Shown one piece after another: positions 9,670 to 19,207 of a DNA stretch of 64,000 nucleotides. Location: NCBI GenBank assembly GCA_964291235.2, contig OZ219816.1, positions 960,001 to 1,024,000 of the forward strand, written 5' to 3'. Position numbers and translations under genes: made by a program. The notes beneath the pieces were generated by a model, which did no database searches, had not been told where the DNA came from, and worked only from the letters and a program-made list of their open reading frames with translations. The first letter of the stretch is position 1; every line of letters begins with the position of its first letter. Source of the stretch: Vicinamibacteria bacterium. Its GTDB lineage: Bacteria; Acidobacteriota; Vicinamibacteria; Marinacidobacterales; Marinacidobacteraceae.

Positions 9670-12600
9670 CTACTGCGGTTCGCCGCTTTCGGTAGGTACC
9701 ACGGGCGGCAACCCCGCCTCGGATAGCTGGTCGTTGAAAGCGTCGAGTTCGTCGCCGGTGAGCTGGCGAAGCATCTGCCGCGTCTCGGCGAGTTCCTGCT
9801 CGTAGAGCGACAGCACTTCGAGGTGCTGGTCGGTGGGCTGGTGGTCGCTGCCGCCGATGTAACCGTGCAGGCTGCTCAACTTGGCGTGGAGTCGCCGGGG
9901 CCAGCGGAGGGTGTCCTGGCCGGCGTTTCCTCCGGTCAGCCGCAGCTCGAAAAACCGCGCCTCGAGTTCCATGAGGGCGCTGTCGTATTCCCCGGCAGCG
10001 ACCTCCACGCTCGCTGCGACCGCCGTGCCGAGGGCGCGGCGGTCCAGGGTCTGCCTCCGGAGCCACTCGATTTCCTCGATCATCGCTCCCACTTCGCGAA
10101 CCATCTCCTGGATCCACAGCAGGGTCTCCACCTGTCCGGGAATCTGCGCTCCGAGATCGGGCGCTTCGGGATCGGCGTGGACGGTCAGGGGCTGCTCGAA
10201 GGACTCCTCGCCGAGGTTCAGACGGACCGTGTACGTCCCCGGGGCGAGCAGGGTGGAGACCGGCCGGGACTCGGTCAGCAGCCGAAATCCGCGTGCGGGC
10301 AGGACCTGGTGGTGGCTGTCCAGCGGGGGAGTCCGGAGGCGCGGCCGGCGCGTGGGTTCGTTCCGGAGGTTCCAGACGACGCGATGGAGTCCGGCCTGGC
10401 CGCCGCCTTCAAGCGTGCGCACGATCTCGCCCGCGGGGTCCACGATCTCGACCGACACCCCGCTCGGCTGGTCCTCGGCGAGCCGGTAGTGGATCGTGGC
10501 CCCGTAGGGCGGGTTCTCTCCGGCGCCCGGATCCTCGGGCTGGCTCATCGGGGTCGGCCGCATCCGGAAACGCCACGCCTCCCGGGGGACAAACAGGTGC
10601 GTCGGGGCGCCCCCGGCCGCCGCCGTCCACTCTCGCAGGGGGGTGATGTCGTCGAGGATCCAGAACCCGCGGCCGTAGGTCGCGGCGACCAGGTCGGAGA
10701 AGCGCTCCTGGATGGTGAGCCAGTGCACCGGGGCGTGGGGCAGGTTGGACTGCAGTGATTCGAAGGTCTCGCCGTCGTCGAAGGAGACGTGGACGGCGTT
10801 CTCCGTTCCCAGGAACAGCAGCCCGGGACGTACCGGATCCTCACGCAGCGTGTGTGCGTAGCTGTGCGTGTGCTGGGGCAGATCCTGCCCGAGCTGTCGC
10901 CAGGTCGCTCCGAAGTCCTCCGTCTTGTACGCGTAGGTGTTCGTGTCGCCGACCTGGTGAAGGTCCACTGTCGCGTAGGCGGCGCCGGCAGCGTGCCGCG
11001 AGGGCTCGATGTTGCTGAAGGTGCCGAGGGCGGGGAGCTCCGGCAGGTTCTGTGAGACGTCGTTCCAGGATTCTCCAGCGTTTCGGGACACGTGGATCTT
11101 GCCGTCGTTGCTGCCGGCCCACAGCACTCCGGCGGTGTGGGGCGATTCCGCCAGCGAGAACAGAACTGCCGCGTAGGTCGGGCTCACGTCGTCGAAAGTG
11201 AGGCCGCCGGTCTTCAGTTGCAGGTCCGGGTCGTCCGTCGTCAGGTCCGGGCTGATCACCTCCCAGCTCTGGCCGGCGTCTTGAGTGACGTGCACCCGCT
11301 GACTGCCGGCATACACCCGGTCGGAATCGTGGGGGGAGATGTGGATCGGAAACGTCCACTGGAAACGGTCCCGGAGCTCGCCGGCCGCCCAACCCTCCGG
11401 ATTGTCGGGCCAGACGCTGACGTTCCGCGCCTGTCCGGTGCGGTCCTCGTAGCGCTCGAGGATGCCTTCGAAGCAACCGGACCAGATGACGCCGGCGTCG
11501 GCCGGATCCGGGACCGCGAATCCCGATTCGCAGCCGCCCACCGGAGCCCAGGCGCCGATCGGAATGCCGCCGCCGGTGAGACTGTTGGACGGGCCGCGCG
11601 AGGAGGGTCCGTCCTGGCGGTTGCCCATGACCCGGTAGGGAATCCGGTTGTCCGTATAGACGTGGTACATCTGGGCGATGGGCAGGCGCGGGCGCTGCCA
11701 GGTCTCTCCACGGTTCGTGGAGATGCTCACCCCCCCGTCGTGGCCCACGATCATCCGGTCGGGCTGGTCCGGCGCGATCCACATGTCGTGGTGGTCGCCT
11801 CCCGAGTTGTTCAGGAAGGTCGTCAGTCCGCCATCGGTCGTCGTGGTGTGCCGGGTAGCCAGGAAGTGCGCCTCGTCGCGGTCGTCGGGGGCCGCCACCA
11901 CGCGGGTGTAGTAGTGGGGCCGCTGCATCAGGGTGTGGTCCCGGCTCGCGAGCTGCCAGTTGTCCCCGCCGTCCTCCGACCGCCAGAGGACGCCGTCCTG
12001 TTCGTCGAGCGGCGCGAACGCCGCGTTCGAGCTGGTTTCGATGAGCGCGTAGATGCGTCGCGGGTCATCCGCGGTCAGCGAGAGCGCGACCTTGCCCCAG
12101 GGCCGCTCCGGGAGGCCGTGCCCCTCGAGCCGCTCCCAGGTGCTTCCGCCGTCCTTGCTCCGGAAGATGCCGCTCCCCGGGCCGCCGCTCTCCCGGCCCC
12201 AGGTCCACATCCGCATCTGCCACATCCCGGCAAACAGCAACGCCGGATTCGCCGGGTTGATCACGATCTCCGAGGCGCCGGTGTTCTCGTCCACGAAGAG
12301 CACGCGTTCCCAGGTTTCCCCGCCGTTCGTCGTCTTGAAGACCCCGCGCTCCTCCTGCGGGGCGTACAGGTGGCCGAGCGCCGCTACCCAGGCGACGTCC
12401 GGATCCGCCGGATGAGTGACGATTCGCGAGATCCTGCCGGTGGCTTCGAGTCCGGTGTGCGTCCAGTTCGCACCGGCGTCGGTCGAGCGATACACCCCGT
12501 TGCCGAGGGAGACGTTGCTCCGGATGTGGGCTTCGCCGGTGCCCACCCACACCACGTTCGGGTCAGCGGTGGAGACCGCGATCGCCCCGACCGAAAGGAC

Positions 12601-12864
12601 CGGCTGGTCGTCGAAGATCGGCGTCCAGTGGATCCCGCCGTCACTGGTCTTGAAGACGCCGCCGGACGCGGCGCCGAAGTAGTAGGTGTTCGGATCCCCG
12701 GGGATGCCGTACACGGCTGACACCCGGTTCCCGACGGGACCGATGTGCCTCCAGCGGAGCGCGTCGAACCGGCCTTCGGCGGCGAACGAGGCGGCGCCGC
12801 CAAGGAGCAGAAGGGCTGAGAGCAGGGCAGGGGTGCGCATGGTCAACCGCAGAGTTTCCCGCAT
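9670..12864 (-). CDS. Secreted Asp-box/BNR repeat (VPS10/sortilin-like) glycosyl hydrolase-like protein
   Basis: Signal peptide and many SxDGGxxW Asp-boxes (TSDGGIHW, STDAGANW, SKDGGSTW, SEDGGDNW). Start may be 12840. Confidence 0.88.
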   Translation of the reverse strand: MRETLRLTMRTPALLSALLLLGGAASFAAEGRFDALRWRHIGPVGNRVSAVYGIPGDPNTYYFGAASGGVFKTSDGGIHWTPIFDDQPVLSVGAIAVSTADPNVVWVGTGEAHIRSNVSLGNGVYRSTDAGANWTHTGLEATGRISRIVTHPADPDVAWVAALGHLYAPQEERGVFKTTNGGETWERVLFVDENTGASEIVINPANPALLFAGMWQMRMWTWGRESGGPGSGIFRSKDGGSTWERLEGHGLPERPWGKVALSLTADDPRRIYALIETSSNAAFAPLDEQDGVLWRSEDGGDNWQLASRDHTLMQRPHYYTRVVAAPDDRDEAHFLATRHTTTTDGGLTTFLNNSGGDHHDMWIAPDQPDRMIVGHDGGVSISTNRGETWQRPRLPIAQMYHVYTDNRIPYRVMGNRQDGPSSRGPSNSLTGGGIPIGAWAPVGGCESGFAVPDPADAGVIWSGCFEGILERYEDRTGQARNVSVWPDNPEGWAAGELRDRFQWTFPIHISPHDSDRVYAGSQRVHVTQDAGQSWEVISPDLTTDDPDLQLKTGGLTFDDVSPTYAAVLFSLAESPHTAGVLWAGSNDGKIHVSRNAGESWNDVSQNLPELPALGTFSNIEPSRHAAGAAYATVDLHQVGDTNTYAYKTEDFGATWRQLGQDLPQHTHSYAHTLREDPVRPGLLFLGTENAVHVSFDDGETFESLQSNLPHAPVHWLTIQERFSDLVAATYGRGFWILDDITPLREWTAAAGGAPTHLFVPREAWRFRMRPTPMSQPEDPGAGENPPYGATIHYRLAEDQPSGVSVEIVDPAGEIVRTLEGGGQAGLHRVVWNLRNEPTRRPRLRTPPLDSHHQVLPARGFRLLTESRPVSTLLAPGTYTVRLNLGEESFEQPLTVHADPEAPDLGAQIPGQVETLLWIQEMVREVGAMIEEIEWLRRQTLDRRALGTAVAASVEVAAGEYDSALMELEARFFELRLTGGNAGQDTLRWPRRLHAKLSSLHGYIGGSDHQPTDQHLEVLSLYEQELAETRQMLRQLTGDELDAFNDQLSEAGLPPVVPTESGEPQ

Positions 12865-12882
12865 CCCACCGGATGCGCCTGC

Positions 12883-13783
12883 CTAGCGCTCGCCCTCGTA
12901 GGTGTCGGGACCGGTGAAGGTCACCCGGTACATCAGCCGGGCCTGGCGCTCGTCGAAGGGCGAGCCCGCGTGCATCGATTAGGGAGGCCGAGCGGTTGTC
13001 CCAGACCGCGACATGGGCTCCGCCCGGGCGCCACTGCCAGGCGACGGCGAAATCGGGGCCGGTGGCGTGGGCCAGCAGTTCGGACAGCAGGTCTCTGGTC
13101 TCCGCTTCTTCGAGGCCCGTTACGGATTCGATGTGGCAGTCCGGAATCAGCAGCGCCCGGCGCCCGGTTTCCGGATGGCGGACGGCGAGCGGCCGCACCA
13201 CGGGGGGATGAGCACGCCGAACCTCCAGGGGCATCTCCCGCCGGTGGGGATTGTCCCGGCGGAGCCGGTCGTCGAGGAAGGCGTACGAGTGGACCGCGAA
13301 CCGCCCTTCGATTCGCTCGCGCAGGCGGGCGGGCAGCGCCTCGTAGGCATGCGCCATCCCTGCGTACCAGGTGCCGCCGCCGGTCTCCGGGTGGGTCCGG
13401 CAGTGGAAGATGGACCCGGCCGGCTGTGGGTGACGAAAGCTGTCGTCAGTGTGCCAGAGGATGTCTCCCGGTTCGGCGCGGACGAAGAGGGCCCGGTACT
13501 TGCCGTCCCGGTAGAGGTTGCCCAGCCTGAGGATCTCGGGATACCCCGGCAGCAGGAAGTCGGGGTCGTACTTCTCGTTCTTCTCCAGCGGCCCGAATGC
13601 CCGGCAGAAGCGGAGGAAGTCCTTCGGACAGAGCGCCTCCCCCGTGCGCAGCACCAGCAGCCCGCCCGAGTCGAGCCAGAGGTCACGGAGGCCGGCGAGG
13701 TGGTCGTCCGAGGCTTCCGCCAATGAGAACCCTTCCACGACGCGCCCGAACCCGGACGGAGTGATCGCCTCGGACCGCACCAC
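12883..13783 (-). pseudogene. TauD/TfdA family Fe(II)/2OG dioxygenase, frameshifted near the 3' end
   Basis: WHTD, GGGT, RHPETGRRAL and WDNR are in one frame. The expected tail SMHAGSPFDERQARLMYRVTF...* (stop 12883-12885) is in another frame after about 12979-12988. Confidence 0.8.
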
Positions 13784-13815
13784 ACGGTCCGGCGGCGCCG
13801 CCGTCGAAGGCAGGC

Positions 13816-15252
13816 TCAGCCTCCGTGCGGCAAGCGGTCCGGCATGTCGGCCAGGACGAAACCAAGAACGGCGAGCATGCCCACGGCGCGGCGGAAGTGG
13901 TCCGGGTCCACCTTGTCGAGCGTGTCCGATTCGGTGTGGTGCCAGTCGAAGTAGTGCTCGCCCACCGTACGGAAACCGATCCCCGGCACCCCGTCGGCCA
14001 TAAGCGGCCGGATGTCCGCGCCGCCGCCTCCCCGCGTCATCGCGTCGGCGTCGATCGCCGAGAAGAGACTTCCGATGGGGCGCAGGAGCGCGAGCGCTTC
14101 CTCGTAGGCGGCGGCGGCTTCCGGGCCGTCGCCTACCCAGGGTAGTCCGATCCCGAATCCCACCGGGCGCTCGTTTCCACCGTCCATCTCGATGGCCGCC
14201 ACGTGGTCCTGGATCCCGTCGCCCACGAAATCCCGATACGCCTCCCCGCCACGCAGTCCGTTTTCTTCGTTCGTCCAGAGCACGACCCGCAGTGTGCGCC
14301 GCGGCCGGAGTCCGAGCCGCCGAAGGATGGTCAGGCCGTGCCAGGCGGCGATGCAGGCGGCGCCGTCATCGTGCACGCCGTGCCCCACGTCCCACGAGTC
14401 GTAGTGACCTCCCATCACCACCACTTCATCGGGCAGTTCGCTGCCGGTGATCTCCGCCATGACGTTGTGGGAGAGGGCGTCGGGAAGGGTCTCGGCCTCC
14501 AGCTCCAGGCGGATCTCGATGGACTCGCCGAGATCGTCGAGCCGGCGGAGCCGCTCCGCGTCCTCGACGGTGAGAGCCGCCGTCGGGATCTTCGGTACTC
14601 CCTCCTCGTAGCGCATGTTGCCGGTGTGAGGGGTGGTGAGGCTCCTCCCGGTCGCCGAGCGGGTGAGGCTCGCTATGGCTCCCTGGGCGGCGGCGCGGCT
14701 CGCCCCCATCCTCCGGTAGGCCCCGGTTCCGCCGTAACCGGTCCAGGGAACGGCCCAGACGACGATGCGGCCCTCGACCGCTTCCCGGGGCATCGCCGCC
14801 AGTTCCTCGAACGAGCGGGCGACCACGACCGGAGCAGTGATTCCTTCGGGCGGGGTCGCGACGCTCCCCCCCAGGGCGAGGATGGGCAGGTCGTCCTCCA
14901 TGGGGGTGAGCAGCGTTGCCCGCGCCCGTCCCCGAACCCAGTGGGGAACCATGACGTCCTGGAGGTGGACCCGGTCCAGTTCTTCCTCGCGCATGGTGTC
15001 CGCTGCCCACTGGATGGCGCGTTCGAGGCCGGCGGACCCGCTCAGTCGATGCCCGATGCGGAGCGCCAGGTGCTCAAGCTTCGCCCAGCCGTCCACGTCG
15101 GTGAGCGCCGCACCCAGGATCTGCCCGGCGGTCTCCCGGTAGCGATCGGCGAGTTCGTGCCGGTCGCCGGGATACGTGGGAGGGTCGGGTGGCTGGGCGC
15201 CGGCCGCCGGCGCAATCAGCGTCGCGGCCAACAGAAGGAGAAGGCTCCGCAT
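13816..15252 (-). CDS. Secreted M28/M20 family metallopeptidase (carboxypeptidase Q-like)
   Basis: Signal peptide, GHRLSGS, PA domain, GGHYDSWDVG.G.HDDG, NEENGL, YFDWHHT.SDT. Confidence 0.9.
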   Translation of the reverse strand: MRSLLLLLAATLIAPAAGAQPPDPPTYPGDRHELADRYRETAGQILGAALTDVDGWAKLEHLALRIGHRLSGSAGLERAIQWAADTMREEELDRVHLQDVMVPHWVRGRARATLLTPMEDDLPILALGGSVATPPEGITAPVVVARSFEELAAMPREAVEGRIVVWAVPWTGYGGTGAYRRMGASRAAAQGAIASLTRSATGRSLTTPHTGNMRYEEGVPKIPTAALTVEDAERLRRLDDLGESIEIRLELEAETLPDALSHNVMAEITGSELPDEVVVMGGHYDSWDVGHGVHDDGAACIAAWHGLTILRRLGLRPRRTLRVVLWTNEENGLRGGEAYRDFVGDGIQDHVAAIEMDGGNERPVGFGIGLPWVGDGPEAAAAYEEALALLRPIGSLFSAIDADAMTRGGGGADIRPLMADGVPGIGFRTVGEHYFDWHHTESDTLDKVDPDHFRRAVGMLAVLGFVLADMPDRLPHGG

Positions 15253-15288
15253 GGGCGCCGAATCATAGGAGAGGCGGCGCCTCGCGAC

Positions 15289-16020
15289 CTACTTCCAGGT
15301 CACCTCCATCGCAAAGAAGTGATCGAACACTTCGCGGCCCGGATGGTTCGCGTCGTTTGTCTCGGGACTCCGGATATAGAAGTCGAGTTGTTGCGCCGCC
15401 GGGTTCACCGCCCCCGCCGGAGAATCGCCGGTCTTCGGGAGAACGGCCAGCGTCTCCCGGTCGCGCATGCCCTGGGTCACCATGAAGTGGATCTGGTAGT
15501 CCTCGTAGAGCGGCTCGCCGTTCAGAGTGGCGGAGCCCGTGCCCCAGCCGGCGACGTAGAGGAGGCTCTTGGGCCAGTTGGCGTCGCCGCAACCGGAGTC
15601 CCCATGCTCGTAGAGGAAGGCGGCGATGCCGCCGTCCTGGCAGGGGTTGAACTCCACGATCTCCTCGAGTTCGACCACGTAGGTTCCTTCCGGCACTTCC
15701 AGTTCCGCGCGGAAGGTTCCGGTGTTGTCGATCTCGTTCACGTCAATTTCGATGGTCCCGCCTACCTCGCGGAGATTCGAAGCGTCGTCGCCCATGTGGT
15801 CCCAGGGACTCTCGTCGTTCAGAGTGCCCGCCTGGAAGACGCGACTTCCCGTCAGGACGAAGCGCCCGTCGTAGAGGTCGTGCTGGCCGGGCGCGTAGAT
15901 CCCGAGCTGCACCCCGGGCTGGGATCCGGGAACGCTGGACGCGGGTTGAGGATCCGGTTCGGGCGCCGCACACGCCCAGCCGATGGCGACCCCCGCTCCG
16001 ATCAGAACAAGGGGCCGCAT
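15289..16020 (-). CDS. Hypothetical exported protein, probable lipoprotein
   Basis: Hydrophobic N-terminus ending in GWAC, Pro-rich linker, globular domain with coding-like codon usage. Start abuts the pruA stop region. No family recognised. Confidence 0.7.
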   Translation of the reverse strand: MRPLVLIGAGVAIGWACAAPEPDPQPASSVPGSQPGVQLGIYAPGQHDLYDGRFVLTGSRVFQAGTLNDESPWDHMGDDASNLREVGGTIEIDVNEIDNTGTFRAELEVPEGTYVVELEEIVEFNPCQDGGIAAFLYEHGDSGCGDANWPKSLLYVAGWGTGSATLNGEPLYEDYQIHFMVTQGMRDRETLAVLPKTGDSPAGAVNPAAQQLDFYIRSPETNDANHPGREVFDHFFAMEVTWK

Positions 16021-16039
16021 CGGCCGTGTCTCCGGGTGG

Positions 16040-17674
16040 TCAGGCGCTCAGGAACGGGTAGCGGTAGTCCTTCGCCGGAGCGAAGTTCTCCTTGACCGTC
16101 CGGATGTTCGTCCAGCGGAGCAGGTGGGAACCGAGCCCCGTCTTGTCGTTCGTTCCCGATGCCCGGCCGCCCCCAAAGGGCTGCTGGCCGATCACCGCTC
16201 CCGTGGGCTTGTCGTTGATGTAGAAGTTGCCGGCGGCATGACGGAGTGCGTCGTACGCCTGTTCGGTCGCCAGGCGGTCGTTCGCGAAGATCGCGCCGGT
16301 CAGACCGTACGGCGACGTGCTCCGGCAGAGGTCGAGGGTCTCGGTGTACTGGTTGTCGGGGTAGAAGTAGACCGCCAGCACCGGTCCGAAGATCTCCTCG
16401 GTCATCAGCCGACTCTGCGGGTTGTCCGTCACCACCAGGGTGGGTTCCACAAACCAGCCGACGGAGCGGTCGGCTTTGCCGCCCATCATGACGGTGCATG
16501 ACGGATCTCCGTGCGCGACGCCGAGGTAGCTGGACACCTTGTTGAAGGAACGTTCGTCGATCACGGCACCCATGAAGTTGGAGAAGTCCGTCGGGTCGCC
16601 CATGGTCACGGTCTTCGCTTCGTCGAGGAACCGCTCCAGGAACGCGTCCTTCATGCTGGCCGGCAGGTAGGCGCGGGACGCGGCGGAACACTTCTGTCCC
16701 TGGAACTCGTAGGCGCCCCGAATCAGGTTGGCGACCAGCGCCTCGGAATCGGCGGACTCGTGGGCGACCACGAAGTTCTTGCCGCCCGTTTCGCCGACGA
16801 CCCGGGGATAGGAGCGGTAGTTCGCGATGTTGTCCCCGACCGTCTTCCAGATGTGCTGGAAGGTGGCGGTGGAGCCGGTGAAGTGAACGCCGGCGAGGGT
16901 TTCCTGGGCGAGCGCCGGGGCTCCGATGGTGGGTCCGTGGCCGGGGAGCATGTTGACCACGCCGTCGGGCAGGCCGGCTTCCCGGTAGAGCTCCATCAGG
17001 TAGTACGCCGAGAGCATTTGCGTCTCCGCCGGCTTCCAGACGATGGTGTTCCCCATGATGGCCGGAGCCATCGCCAGGTTCCCGCCGAGGGCGGTGAAGT
17101 TGAACGGGCTCACCGCGAAGATGAATCCCTCGAGGGCCCGGTACTCGAGGTAGTTCCAGACCCCGGGGTCGGGGTCGCCCACCGGCTGTTGGCGCACGAG
17201 CTGGTCGAGGAAGTAGGCGTTGAACCGCAGCATGTCGGCGAACTCGCAGGCCGACTCGATCTCCGCCTGATGGGAGGTCTTCGACTGGCCCAGCATGGTG
17301 GCGGCGTTCATCCGGTAGCGGTGGGGGCCAACCAGCAGGTCGGCCATCCGCAGGTAGAGGCTGGCGCGTGCCCGGTGATCGAGCTCGGACCAGGTCCGCC
17401 ACGCGTCGTCGGCGGCGGCGACGGCCTCCTCGACGAGGTCGGGGGTGGCCTCGTGATAGCGGGCCAGGACGTGGGAGTGGTTGTGCGGCGATCGCACTTC
17501 GGCGATCTTGCCGGTGCGGATTTCCCTGCCACCGATGATGACCGGGATTTCAACGACCTGATTGGACTGGCGGTCGAGCTCGGCCTGGAGGGCCGTGCGG
17601 TCGGCGCTTCCGGCTTCGTAACCGCGTACGGGCTCATTGTTCGGTCGGGGGACGGCCTGAATTCCCTGGCTCAT
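16040..17674 (-). CDS. pruA: L-glutamate gamma-semialdehyde (P5C) dehydrogenase
   Basis: PFNF, FTGST, GETGGKNF, YEFQGQKCSA (catalytic Cys), EEIFGP, NDKPTGA, QQPFGGGRASGTNDK. Confidence 0.95.
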   Translation of the reverse strand: MSQGIQAVPRPNNEPVRGYEAGSADRTALQAELDRQSNQVVEIPVIIGGREIRTGKIAEVRSPHNHSHVLARYHEATPDLVEEAVAAADDAWRTWSELDHRARASLYLRMADLLVGPHRYRMNAATMLGQSKTSHQAEIESACEFADMLRFNAYFLDQLVRQQPVGDPDPGVWNYLEYRALEGFIFAVSPFNFTALGGNLAMAPAIMGNTIVWKPAETQMLSAYYLMELYREAGLPDGVVNMLPGHGPTIGAPALAQETLAGVHFTGSTATFQHIWKTVGDNIANYRSYPRVVGETGGKNFVVAHESADSEALVANLIRGAYEFQGQKCSAASRAYLPASMKDAFLERFLDEAKTVTMGDPTDFSNFMGAVIDERSFNKVSSYLGVAHGDPSCTVMMGGKADRSVGWFVEPTLVVTDNPQSRLMTEEIFGPVLAVYFYPDNQYTETLDLCRSTSPYGLTGAIFANDRLATEQAYDALRHAAGNFYINDKPTGAVIGQQPFGGGRASGTNDKTGLGSHLLRWTNIRTVKENFAPAKDYRYPFLSA

Positions 17675-17692
17675 TAGACTCTTTCTCCTTAC

Positions 17693-18790
17693 GTGACTAC
17701 GTTTGTTTCCGAGGCTTCGGAAGGCCGGAATGCTAGCCGAGGGAAGCCTTCCGCCGCCGCCCCGCCGTCAGGAGCCACGCTGGCGCGGGAACTGCCGGAC
17801 CAGGTCCGGATGGCGGCGTCCCGGATTCGTCGCTTCCTGGCGGAAACCCCGTTCGAGATCGCAACCGGTTTGAGCCGCCAGCGGGCCGCCACGAAACCCG
17901 GTGGCGTGGTGCGCTGGAAGCTCGAGTGCTTCGGCGTCACGGGCTCGTTCAAGATCCGGGGCGCGCTGAACAAGCTGCTGGTCCTCAGGGACAGCGGCGG
18001 GCCCGAGGTGCTCGGCGAGGGGGTCGTCACGGCATCCACGGGGAATCACGGACGGGCGACGGCGCACGCGCTGTCGTTGCTGGGCGGGCGCGGCGTGGTG
18101 TACCTGCCGCAGACGGTCGCCGAATCGAAAAAGCGAGTCCTCGAGGAGCAGTACGGCGACGTTGTCGAGTTACGCCTGGTGGGCGACGATGCGGTGGAGT
18201 CCGAGGTTGCCGCGCGGGAAGCGGCGGCCCGCAGCGGACGGCCCTTCATCTCGCCCTACAACGACCCGGACGTCATCGCGGGGCAGGGAACCGTCGGTTT
18301 CGAGATGGATGCCGCGCTTGGCGACGAGACGCTCGACGCGGTCCTGGTGGCGGTGGGCGGCGGCGGGCTGATCGCCGGGATCGCCGGCTGGTTGAAGCAT
18401 GCCCGTCCCGGGATTCGCGTCGTGGGATGCCAGCCGCGGGCGTCAGCGGTGATGGCCGCCTCGGTGCGGGCCGGCCGCATCCTCGAATCCGGGACCGACG
18501 TGGCGTTCGAGCCCACCCTCGCCGACGCGGTGGCGGGCGGTGTCGAGGACGGCGCGTTCACCCTCGATCTCTGCCGGACGCTGGTGGACGAATGGGTTCT
18601 CCTCGACGAGGACGAAATCGCCGACGGCATGCGGCTCGTGCTCCGGGAGCGGTTTTGCATGGTGGAGGGCGCCGCGGCTTTGCCGGTGGCCGCCCTATCC
18701 CACCTGGATCCGCAGCTCGCCTCCGTCGGGCTGGTGCTCAGCGGCGCCGGAATCAGCCGGGACGGCCTCCGGAAGCTGGTCGGGGAGTAG
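17693..18790 (+). CDS. PLP-dependent threonine/serine dehydratase family protein
   Basis: TGSFKIRGA (PLP Lys), ASTGNHG, IAGQGT, VGGGGL, VEGAAA. True start is probably downstream of 17693. Confidence 0.88.
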   Translation: MTTFVSEASEGRNASRGKPSAAAPPSGATLARELPDQVRMAASRIRRFLAETPFEIATGLSRQRAATKPGGVVRWKLECFGVTGSFKIRGALNKLLVLRDSGGPEVLGEGVVTASTGNHGRATAHALSLLGGRGVVYLPQTVAESKKRVLEEQYGDVVELRLVGDDAVESEVAAREAAARSGRPFISPYNDPDVIAGQGTVGFEMDAALGDETLDAVLVAVGGGGLIAGIAGWLKHARPGIRVVGCQPRASAVMAASVRAGRILESGTDVAFEPTLADAVAGGVEDGAFTLDLCRTLVDEWVLLDEDEIADGMRLVLRERFCMVEGAAALPVAALSHLDPQLASVGLVLSGAGISRDGLRKLVGE

Positions 18791-18812
18791 GCGGGGGAGC
18801 CCCGGGCAGGCG

Positions 18813-19160
18813 GGGAACGCCGGCCTCCAGGCCGGCACAGCGGGCAGCACGCCCGCGGCGGCATAGACCCCATCTGTCGGAATGGTTCCCCTCCCGGCGG
18901 GGACCCCCAATAAGCCTTGCCGACGCGGACCGCACGGGAACGCCGACCTCCAGGTCGGCACAGCCGCGCCGGAGGCGGGGCGGCGGCCCCGACCCCCCAG
19001 CGTCAGGATTGTTCCCCTCTCGGCGCCGACCCCCGTAGCCTTGGCGTCGCCCAGGCACGGGAACGCCGGTCTCCAGACCGGCACAGCCCCGCGAAGCGGG
19101 GCGGCGGGACACCCTCCCAGCGTCAGGATTGTTCCCCTCCCGGCGGGCCCCATCAGCCTT
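18813..19160 (+). repeat. Tandem array of three ~123-bp REP/BIME-like hairpin units
   Basis: GGGAACGCCGNNCTCCAGNNCGGCACAG at 18813, 18936 and 19059, each followed by a GC hairpin and a G(G/A)AT(G/T)GTTCCCCTC(C/T)CGGCG motif. Confidence 0.9.
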
Positions 19161-19207
19161 TCCGACCTGACGCTGAGGGGCCGGGCCACACGAAGGTCAG
19201 CCCGTTG

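Noticed and set aside
12979-12984. TTAGGG telomeric repeat inside the TauD insertion
   Set aside because: A single hexamer, which is expected by chance.
18813-19160. CRISPR array
   Set aside because: The sequences between hairpins are homologous to each other rather than unique spacers, the 123-bp period is too long, and no cas genes are present.
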